A stretch of 59,281 nucleotides of DNA, filler included, from Sphacelaria rigidula (lineage: Eukaryota), in the NCBI GenBank assembly GCA_964200075.2. It is 6 parts of 6 records of this genome, joined end to end, with 100 filler letters (N's around TTAATTAATTAA, not from the genome) between each part and the next. Parts side by side here need not be neighbours in the genome. Positions count along the whole stretch, not along the records: positions 49,486 to 59,281 come from CAXNAA020007744.1; 5 more parts are not named here. One strand, 5' to 3'. A program made the translations under genes and the position numbers. The stretch's first letter is position 1. Each line of letters opens with the position of its first letter. This document shows, in pieces, positions 49,553 through 59,281 of this stretch. The notes below the pieces were generated by a model. It saw only the letters and a list, made by a program, of their open reading frames with translations. It made no database searches and had not been told where the DNA came from.

Positions 49553-52184
49553 TCTGTGATGGTGGTGGGGCGGGGTGGGTATAACGTATTCCAGTCCGTA
49601 AGGCCCCTTGGCCCATCTAGTCTCAGTATACTTCAGGCCTTGGAGCATGACCGTCTCCAATTGACACCGCGGATGATGAAACATGACTACACTAACATGC
49701 CTCCATATACTATTGAAAAGGGACAACACTGCTTGAGACGGTTGGATACGACGCCTGTCCACGGTTTTACAAAACTTTGCATGTCTATATCTCCACCGGG
49801 TCTGCTGACTCACGCAGTCCTGACGACTGGACACGCACTGCCGCGATACGTTTGTGCTCTCACTTACTCCCCGTTCGTGCTCATTTTTGCTCGACTTAGC
49901 ACTGCCGCTATACGTTACTAATCACCTGCGAATCTGTCAATTTTGACTTGTCCGTGTTCATCGGCGAATATGTACTCTTCTTTACCCGACTTGTACTGCC
50001 GCTGTACGTTCGTGCTCATCGGCGAATTCGTAAATTTTGCCTTCCCGTTCAACAGTGATTCCATGACATCAAGAGTAGAGCGTTGATTGAGAGTCAACAA
50101 TTAGACCGCGGTGCGGGTAGTCCATCTGGATCATGCATACTTTTTTCAAGTGAAAATTGATGCCGATTCAGCAGGTGACCTGACCCCGCCGCGGTCAAAC
50201 GGTCAAACGGGTTTTATCATTCGCTTCAACTTGACCAATTTTTTCTTTCTGTGTGTTCTTTTCTTCGCTTGTAACTCTGGCGTCTGCTTACAGCTACACG
50301 TAGATATCCTTCTCAGGGACATGAAGGGCTTCAGTGGCAAGCTACTGCAGAAAAGCGTATCGGGCCTCGTGGAGAGTTGCACCGCGGAACTGAAACGATT
50401 CATTCATGAACTGACCGCTTCTCACTCTGAATCGTGTCCTTTACTCTCGATCTCACGAAAACAATATTGTGTGCTCATCGGTGAATTTGTGAATCTTTGG
50501 TACGTTGCTTCGAAGGACCGCTGGTCTGACTGACAACGCGAAAATTGCCGAATTATTGAACTATTTTTCGATCCATCTTGTCTTTCCCTTGTCCGAAGCT
50601 CCCAAAGCAACAACAAAAGCCATCTTATCTGTACAGTGCCGTGCTCTCTATTTTCAAGTGAAAATGACGCCAAAGCAACAGAGGGCCGATGAGGGGGGTG
50701 ACACGTGCTCCATGTTGTTCGAAATAGCGGGCAGATGCTGTAGAGACAGCACGGCACACATGGCGGTGCCGATAGACTCAAAACAATCAACAACAGAAGA
50801 GCGTGATACAGTCGCCATCATGCTGTCTGTTCCGGTACAAGCCACGCCTACCTTAGGGTTTTTTGTGTCGCTGGGTACACAAAGCGGCAGCTCTTTTCCA
50901 TTCATAATTTGTCGGCGTGCATGATACCAGCTTTTACGGCAACGAATCTCCATGTTTTTGAGACTCGGATTTCTTCACAATCGGGGGAACTCAAATTCAC
51001 GAACTCAAATTCGGGGACTGTCACGAGACTGTGTTCTGCTGCGGTTGCAATGAGCATCAACCCCCTCGTACCCTACACTATTGTCCGTCGATGCACGGAC
51101 ATCACCTAAAACAAATCGGGGGGAGTCACGATCTCGCAACAATTTCCCTCGATTTTTCGCTGGAAAAATCGGGGCGAGCCATTCCAAGATCGTAAACTCC
51201 CCGATTTTTTCTCCCTCGATTTGGTCCAAATCGGTGTCCATCAAATGCTTTCCCCCAATTCTTCTTCTCCCGATGCTCGAAAAAAACGATGATGGTAACT
51301 GCCACAAAAGATGGTCTTGTACAAAGATGGGAAGTAAGCGGGCAAATAATTTTGAGTTGAAATTCCCGAGCTGGCAGTGGGAAGTCCCGCAGAAGGAAGT
51401 CAGTCACACGAAGACTGGTGAGATATTATGAGAATACAGTATCTGTTGCTGTACTGCTAGACTCGGCGTTGGTTGAGCTCGTTCCGATAAAAAGTGTGCC
51501 CCAAGTCATCACGGTTGGGGTGGTCATGCGGCACTGACCAGCCGCACGTATTTTTGCCACCATCCCAGGATGTGCATGGATGTTGATGGTGCACCCGGGT
51601 GCACATTTAGACTTTCCTGAAACTCTTCACAAAGGTAGTGAAAGAGTACATCTACACGCGGGTTCAGTAGCTCTCGGGTTGTGCGCAGTTGGGCACCTGT
51701 TTACACTGACAAACGATATCCGGGTATCTTCTGGAAAATGACCACCTGTACATTTCTCACACCACGGAGAATAGATTACTTTGTCAAAAACTGTACTGCG
51801 TGTAGTGTGGAATGTATTGTTTATTGCAATGGATGCAATAGCCCATGCTGCACGCAGTACACTTTTTGGCAATGTACTCATTCCAAGGTGTGCAATTATT
51901 GTGCCCATATCTTCCATAGAGCTGCTCATATTCAAGGATGCTGCCGGACACGCGTGTCGGAGCTGGACAGCGCTAAAACTTCGGCCGTGTCATTCGAACC
52001 ACGATCAAGAAGCTTTTCATCCTTGGCTCTAGTGTTGCGTGTTGCAGGAGAATGCAACGGGACAAAGAGAGAGGTTAGATTTTACACAGAAATCCATTAT
52101 TAATTTGGCGATACACTGATGACCGGTGAACCGTTCTCGCGATACAAAGACAAGCACCCAGAATGAGAGAAGTAAGCTGGATTA

Positions 52185-52310
52185 CTAAAATAAAACGAAG
52201 TAAAACTACTCCTGTATTAACTTCCCTCATGTGTGACCCCGGCTGATGCGCCCTCATGCACCGAAAAGTGTGGACTGGCGTCCAGAAGAAATGCGATGAA
52301 CGCCGACACA
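52185..52310 (-). mobile_element. Second copy of the CAGCCGGGGTCACACA SINE-like element
   Basis: The reverse complement aligns with 5040-5160. Confidence 0.7.
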
Positions 52311-53851
52311 CTGCCAGGAAATGCCGCGAAGAAAAGAAATGCATACTCCGGAGATATCAAGGCGGACCACAGCTGAGAACAAGGCAAAGCGCAGTATTTG
52401 GAAACCATGTGCATGTGTGTCTACCGGCTTCGACCAACACAAAAGTCATTATACGTGACCTACATATCGACTCGCAGGAATTCGAGTGCTGCATACCGCA
52501 GGAGGCAGTGGCTCAGAAGGTGGGTCAGTTTCTGGCGCCCGAAAAGTTGAACTCATCACCCAGGGGTGACATCCATTTGGAGAAGGGGGTGATATACAAC
52601 GATTCCTGGGGTGAATCATACGGTGAACTGGGTGCGTGGGATTTGAGACATGAAAGGTGGAGTGTTAAGTAACCCTCAGTTCGGGAGGGTAGTCCACCTG
52701 GATCATGCATGCTTTTTTTCAAGCGAAAATTGACGCCGATTCAACCGATGACCTACTCTGGCTGTCTAAGAGTTAGCTTATTAGGAGGAGGGGAAAGGAG
52801 GGTGTGTGTGAGGGGGTGTACCTCACCAGACCGTGATATGATCTCTGGGTCGTTCCCACTACTGCCATTCTCCCCCTCCCCATGTACATACTGTACTTTG
52901 ATATGATACTACTGCTCTATGGATTTGTACTGTTGTATATATCGTAAAAGCATATTCATGAACATTTCAGACGTTCAAACCGTGGAGGGAGGCGATACGG
53001 CGAGTGGGGACGGGGACGGGACGGGACGGGGGGGGATCACCGACAACCTCCGCCTCGGAGAATCGACTCTAACGCCGAAAACTCGGGGCCGGGCTCTTAC
53101 CCGCACATTGTAGAAACGGCCGGGGGCGGGGGCGCGGGGGCGCAGGGGAATGATTCATGTGCGAGACAACCAGCCTGCGCTCGGTATCTCCGTGTTACAA
53201 TTATGTCATTCACACGTAACCACTTTTGATGCGGCTGACAGCCCATTTCTTTGGCATGATAATGGTTGACCGATAATATGTCATGCCCGTGGTCACAGCA
53301 ATTATTCCACGACACAGGGCGGATATATGCATGCTGCATGGAGGAAGAGGAGAAGCTAGACAAGACATCAGTTATGTGGAGGCAACATCGTTCACGGCTG
53401 CGTACCGGTATGACCCGTGCACCAGCACAACAACAGTCGGCGGCTCAGGAGTTGATGGTGATCTGACTGTTTAAAACGCCGCTTGTAAATTTTTGCGGAC
53501 TACATGACAACCGTGAAGCACAGTAGGTACAGTTCACATTTTTCGGACAACCCACCTTGAGCAGTTAATCAAGAATGTTCCGCGAAGACATGAGAATCTA
53601 GCCACTTCGCACACCACAGTCTTCCAGTGTCAGCAGCAAGAATCGCTGCCCTGATGCTACCGAGAAAATCAAAGTAACGCATTTAGTACAAGCAACCCCC
53701 ACTCGAAAGGATTACTGGACACAAATGCTACTGTCTGCTTGTCGGTACTCGTTTAGTGAGCTAGCTGTATACACCATTGTACGGGAAACAGTTGCACTTG
53801 GTTGGACAGTCGGGATTTCCGAGCGTTATACCCTAGTCAACAAAATCACAC

Positions 53852-54457
53852 CTTCGATTGTTGATCTTTCGCTTCCCTTTCATCCGAACCCATTGCTGCC
53901 GCCCCGTCCACAACAGCCTTGGACCCTCGGTCTCCTTCTCTATTACTCGCCACAGCCCCCCTACTATCCTCACCGACATCACCATGTCCGCCTGAAACTG
54001 TCGGCCCCCCTACGGCACTATCACCAGCCGCCGGATCATCGGGCATGGCCGGCGGCTGCTCCAGTTGCCCTTTCGCATCTTCCGTAGTCCCGCCATCCGC
54101 GACAACAACAGGACCACCATTCCCCTCGAATACTATCCCACTAACTGGTAATTCTCCAACAACATTCGGCAGATATAAGGTCTCGTTGATAGCCGCCGCC
54201 CCTGAAACCGGCGGCACTGGCGCTGGTTGGGGAATCGCTGAGGTTGATCCCTTGTTTTGATCCCCTGTGCCTGTAGTCGTTGTTCCGTTCGATACGATGA
54301 GTACTAGGGTTATCCCCGAGTAGAGGATGAGCGCAGCGGAGAGCACGCCGACGCGGGATACCTTATCCCGCAGAAGGGGTATAACATTGCTGTCTCTTCG
54401 ATACCCACCGCCGCGAGCTAGTGATGGTCGGTAGCGCGAGCCTGGTAGAAACGCCAT
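53852..54457 (-). CDS. First exon of a type II membrane protein (short cytosolic tail, one TM helix, long disordered stem)
   Basis: MAFLPGSRYR..., TM VGVLSAALILYSGITLVLIV, G/D/A/P-rich stem, donor AAG|GTGTGA in phase 0. Confidence 0.7.
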
Positions 54458-55396
54458 TCTTATTGGATGCACACGAAGATCAACGTGTTATGAGTACAAC
54501 TACACCACTGTCTCCAGTGCGAGAGGAAGACGAGGTGTTTTATTTTGTTTACGCGCCTCCTCCTCCGCGCGAGTGCAGCAGGAGGTGCAGTAGTACAGTT
54601 GACACGGGGACCGCGTATGCTCTGTATGAGTCGCTTCTTACACACAGCAGCGGTCCCTCGAGGATTTAGGTACTACTACCCCTCGGAATTTGCGTTCCTA
54701 ACAACAGTACTGGTCTCAACAAGCGTCACTGTACTCCACGGCCTGTACAGAATGTGACAGATCACGCGTTCCCGTGAACATTGATTGTATCTTGTGATCA
54801 TCATCCAGAGTTCGAGTTTTTTCGGATTGCTATCGGATTGTTCTCCCCTCATCCTGCATCAAGGTGCACAATACTAAAATATCAGGTTTTCAAAACACCC
54901 GCATATGACAAAATCCGTTAGACGCGGAAGAGGCGTATTAGGGACGGATCGGATTTCTTATCTCTGTGTGTCCGTTGTTCATGTGTTGCAAGCTCCGTGC
55001 ACTGAACTCTGTATCCCTCTTGCGCCAAGTGTTGATTTTTGCACGGGAGATCGGGGTGTACATAGGCGCAGGCACCCAACACGAAGGGGCTGCATACTTT
55101 TTCATCGCTTCTCGGGAGCTCCTGTGTGGGTTTTGTGCCCTTGTTTATCTCTGCCTGGCACATCGCCAAAGTTTACACCGAGAGCAAACCGCATGCGAAC
55201 TGGTTGGGGATAAGACGAAGACGGTGTGCTGTTGTAGCAAACAGATTTTCAAGTTTGAAAAATCAAATCAAACCGTGTGTTGTGAGAGACGGGGGAAATT
55301 ACTACATTTTGCCTGCGTAGACGGGGATAAGGGGTAGGGGAAGAGGTGGAGGTATAGCACGCGCGCACACGCGGCTCGGTGTTCGAAGGGAAGGGT

Positions 55397-55433
55397 ATGG
55401 ATTCAGGGGATTTGCCAATGCGAAGCCTCGAAG
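55397..55433 (+). CDS. Probable micro first exon (MDSGDLPMRSLE) of the Q/P/H-rich gene
   Basis: Consensus donor GAAG|GTGAGT, phase 1, matching the acceptor at 56718-56719. Confidence 0.55.
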
Positions 55434-56719
55434 GTGAGTGAGGAGGATGTTGGTTGGATAGCTAGCTGGGTACACTTTGAGGCTGGGCGTGTGTTCCTTT
55501 TACCCGTTCCTATGAGCAACCTCTTCCGGCTGGCTTTGTGCGTTTTAAATCGAAGTCGTGTGTACGGTGTAATTTATCGTCATTTTTTTTTCAATATGCA
55601 TGTTTGTATGAATGATATGGGTCATCGCTTGGGCAGGGGCGTCGGGGAGTATTATACATGATGGTTACTGTCTAGTAGTAGATGATAGTCTCCGCAGCAA
55701 ACCCTTTCTGGGCAATCGAAAGACTCCGAATGCACGCATGATACCCTCTTGGATGCATGCCTATCCTGCGCAGAGAGAGAAAAAGGGAGGGTTTATGCTT
55801 CTCGAGACCAGATATTGGTTTTTGCACGCCGTCGTTTCCGATGTTTTTTTTTTTCATTTCGTCCCATCGAGTTCAATTTTTCAGTTTAATTTTTCAAATG
55901 CTGCCTGTACTGCACGGTACTACTGTACTCTGTGGGGTACTTGATCTGCCTCCGCGGAGTGTCTGCACTGGACAAACCGTCTGTATCCGACCCCTTCCGA
56001 TTTTGGTCCTCGCAATCACTCTAGAAGGGGAGTGTGCAAGGCTCACGATAGGAATCAGCGTGGTCATCCGGTGCCCACCCCCCATGATCGATGTGTTGAT
56101 ACCTGTATGTGTTTGTTGACTGTGTGGTTGTGTTGTGCTCGGGGTAAAATTCGAGTTGTCTTTTCCGGGGGTGCGTTTTTTTTTTTGAAAACTTGAAAAT
56201 TCAAGCTTTTTTTTTTTAATGGGCGCGTCTGGCTTCTGTGTAACTGCTGCAACATCGCCACACATGAGTGTAGGGTGTATCAGTAGAGGAGATAGATTTT
56301 AGCCCGGCTCACGTGTTTCATGTAGAAGTATGTTGGCCCACTGGTGCTCATTCATGTGCTATGCACGAGCAGCGATCTACACGTGTCGGCGTGTCGGCGC
56401 ATGACCTCTTGAAAACCTGCTTCATCAACCATACGTGCTTCTTGTGTCTTGTGTCTCGTAACAATCCACGCGAAACAAATTATTACCGCAGAACCGCAGC
56501 AACGTTGCGTGACAGCCACGAGGACTACGTACTGTTGTAGAGGTACTCATATGTCGAACTCGAGATTCCCGATATATTTAGCTGTAAGTTACTGTGAAAT
56601 ATACCGCGAATCTCCAGTTTGAGATACACCTATTACAGTATACTGTTGCCGTAATGCATTGTAATGTCTGTTCTCTACTGTTATCCGGGTCATCTCTCCG
56701 CAAAAAAAAAATAATCCAG

Positions 56720-57723
56720 GCGACAAAAACCCGCAGCCAAAAACCCTGGACGGAAATCATCAAACACCACAACAACCACGCCGAGCTCCTTCGAATCAAG
56801 TCAATATCGCAAATGCAGCAACAACAGCAACAACAGCAACAACAGCAACACGTAACGCGCTTGCCGTGCCCACGCCCGGGGCAGTAGCTTCTACCATTAG
56901 CCCACCAGGCAACGAGACCTCCCCCCCGCCGCCATCGAATAGTGGTTCACCACCTCCGCCGCCGTTACCGCACCACACTCCACCTCCGGCGGTGGCACCG
57001 GGGGCGGCGGTGGGCGGACGGCGCACCGAATTCGTCGAAGAAAATCGTACCTCCTCGGCGTATATCCTACTGCAGCTACGGGATGTGGGACGCAGCGGGT
57101 CAGGCGGCGATGCTTCAAACGACGGCACCAGCGCCGTCGCCAGCGAAGCTTCACCGACCCGGGTGGGCGGCGGCGGCGGCGGCGGGTTCCTTCCTCCAGC
57201 CGTTGGTGTCGCTGTAGGCGTCGACAATGCCCCAGCCGCTGGTATGGGTATGGGGATGGGGATGTGTACGGGGGGCGACAACATGACTACTGGCCGTAAG
57301 GCTGCTGCTGCAGATGCCGTCGGCGTTGTTGAACACCAACACACACCGGTGCTGGGATCCAGGGGCGGCGGCGGCGGCCAATATAACTTGGTGAGCATAA
57401 ACGCCTCAGCCGGCGTTGCCCCGCAATATTTGGCAGGAGCCGGCAGCGAAATATCCAACTCCGGTGTTACAGTTGGCGTGGCGCGGGCGGCGCCGGGAGA
57501 ATCGCCAGGAAGGCGTCCAAGGAAGCGGCAAGGCTCATACGGTTCCTCACCATCCACGCTGTTGCCTGGGTTTCACGGCAACCCGGGGTCGTCTCCGGTG
57601 TCTTCGTCGTCCTCGCCGGTGTCTTCCCCGCCGCCGCGTCATCATCATCTCCATCATCAGCATCATACTCATCGACAGAACGGCACGAACTTGGGGTTGG
57701 TCTTGCCTCATCAGGCTCACTTT

Positions 57724-57758
<35 letters not shown>

Positions 57759-58155
57759 GCCGCTGCCGCCGCCACCTTACCCGCAACACCAAGCAGCTCC
57801 GCAACACCCTAACCACCACCACACTAATAACGACAACCACCCTCTCCCCTATCCCCATCGTCAGATGTCTCCTCACCAACAGAAGCAGCAACAGTACTAC
57901 TTACCCCAGCATCCCAACCCATGCGAGAACGGGAGTGGTGCACCCCCGCCGACGCCGCTGCCGCCACGCGGTGCGGTACCGCCCGCAGTGTCGCCTAGCA
58001 TTCCGGCGGGGCCATATGAATCTGGCGGTGGGGCAACTGCTGCCGCTATGAGGTCGTCCGATGTGGGGGCTGGGTCGCGATCGATTTATCCTGCGGGTGC
58101 TCTACCGCCGGAGGTCGTGACTTCTACCCGGATATCGTCCAAGATGTTGCCACAG
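56720..58155 (+). CDS. Large exon of a Q/P/H/G-rich disordered protein, possibly a transcription regulator
   Basis: Acceptor tccAG, 478 open codons with polyQ, polyP, polyG and a His-rich tract, basic RRPRKR motif, donor CAG|GTAACT. Confidence 0.8.
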
Positions 58156-58516
58156 GTAACTACACATTTTTTTACTGCATACCGTGCGTGTTGTGTGTCT
58201 GTGTGTGTTGCTAATATAAGACCCGAGAGTTGCCTGCTTTGCGTTTGTGTTTGTGCTTGTGTTTGTATGTATGTGGGTGCACAGGTGTGCCTTTTGCTTT
58301 GGGGACGCAGGAGTATGTCTTAGCACATCTGATTGCTCATCTCGAACGCCGTGACGGTCGCATATATTCACCATTCGGACGAATCAGAGTTCATACGGGT
58401 TTGACTCCATATGAATGCTGAATGCAAATCATGTACCAAAGAGTCATTCGGTATGAATCACGGATGGTAAAATTACGTTGTTCCGCACGAATCACGAACT
58501 GGGAATGTGTACACTC

Positions 58517-58946
58517 CACAGGCACCGTAGGTAAGGTAGGTACCCGGTACCGGTATTTGGGACATCTCATACCCTCCCGATACCGGTCCTATCCTGTATT
58601 TTGAAATGTCATACCTACGACACCTGCGATACCACGGTATTTCGAGATTTCAATCTACCGTACCCGCCCAATCCGGTATTTTGAAATGTCATACCTACGA
58701 GACCTACGATACCAGGGTATTTCAAGATTTCAATACCTACCGTACCCGTCCAATCCGGTATTTTGAAATATCATACCTACGATACCTACGATACCAAGGT
58801 ATTTTAAGATTTCAATACCTACCGTACCCGCCCAATCCGGTATTTTGAAATATCATACCTATGATACTTCCGCATACCACGGTATGGGATAGCCCGGTAA
58901 ATACCGGGGGTACGGTCGGTACGGTACCTTGCCTACGGTGTCTGTG
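58517..58946. mobile_element. TIR element (CACAG..CTGTG) filled with tandem repeats of about 72-80 bp
   Basis: CACAGGCACCGTAGGTAAGGTA / TACCTTGCCTACGGTGTCTGTG. Internal unit CCGTACCCGCCCAATCCGGTATTTTGAAATGTCATACCTACGATACCTACGATACC. Confidence 0.7.
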
Positions 58947-59024
58947 AAAACTTCGATTGCCCAACTTGCCCTCGGATCCGAAACGCTTCGCACTGCCAGA
59001 TGACATCTTTGAATTCAGTATAGA

Positions 59025-59281
59025 GGATAAGGCAGGTACTCGGTATCAGTATTTGGGACATCTCATACCCTACCAATACCGACCCAATCCGGTATTTTCA
59101 AAACTCATACCTACGATACCTACGATACCAGGGTATTTCGAGATTTCAATACCTACCGTACCTGCCAAATCCGGTATTTTGAAACGTCATACCTACGATA
59201 CCTGCGATACCAGGGTATGTCGAGATTTCAATACCTACCGTACCCACCAAATCTGATATTTTGAAATGGCATACCTACGAT
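59025..59281. repeat. Second, truncated copy of the same tandem-repeat element, running off the contig
   Basis: Restarts with TAAGGCAGGTACTCGGTATCAGTATTTGGGACATCTCATACCC and the same repeat unit. Confidence 0.8.

Noticed and set aside
56796..58051. Overlapping ORFs 56796-57557 (-) and 57416-58051 (+)
   Set aside because: They are alternative-frame shadows of the GC-rich exon 56720-58155.

Overview
Eukaryotic, intron-rich and transposon-rich DNA. Gene structure, repeat types and protein families point to a brown alga (Phaeophyceae); this is an inference. The window is not one locus. It is six unrelated contigs of 9798, 9797, 9797, 9797, 9796 and 9796 bp, sorted by length and joined by 100-bp N44-TTAATTAATTAA-N44 spacers, so adjacency across spacers means nothing. 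Genes were rebuilt from splice sites with matching phases. Contig 1 has two exons of a GGAI/FxxN beta-helix protein. Contig 2 has the last exon of an armadillo-repeat (Vac8-like) protein, a complete 3-exon gene for a 475-aa Ufd1-domain/UBX-domain fusion protein, and a divergent first exon. Contig 3 has four exons of a ZIFL-like MFS transporter and a disrupted LINE. Contig 4 has two low-complexity exons. Contig 5 has the first coding exon of proteasome lid subunit RPN5/PSMD12 and a divergent signal-peptide gene. Contig 6 has a type II membrane protein first exon and a divergent Q/P/H-rich protein. Introns and intergenic DNA contain MITEs (several with verifiable target-site duplications), tRNA-derived SINEs, LINE 3' tails, foldback palindromes and mini/microsatellites. 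The most notable items are the Ufd1-UBX fusion, a TGT..ACA MITE family with 5-bp TSDs whose inverted pair brackets one MFS exon, and a GACAC..GTGTC MITE family with 4-bp TSDs. No CRISPR array, prokaryotic system or clearly novel multi-gene system is supported.
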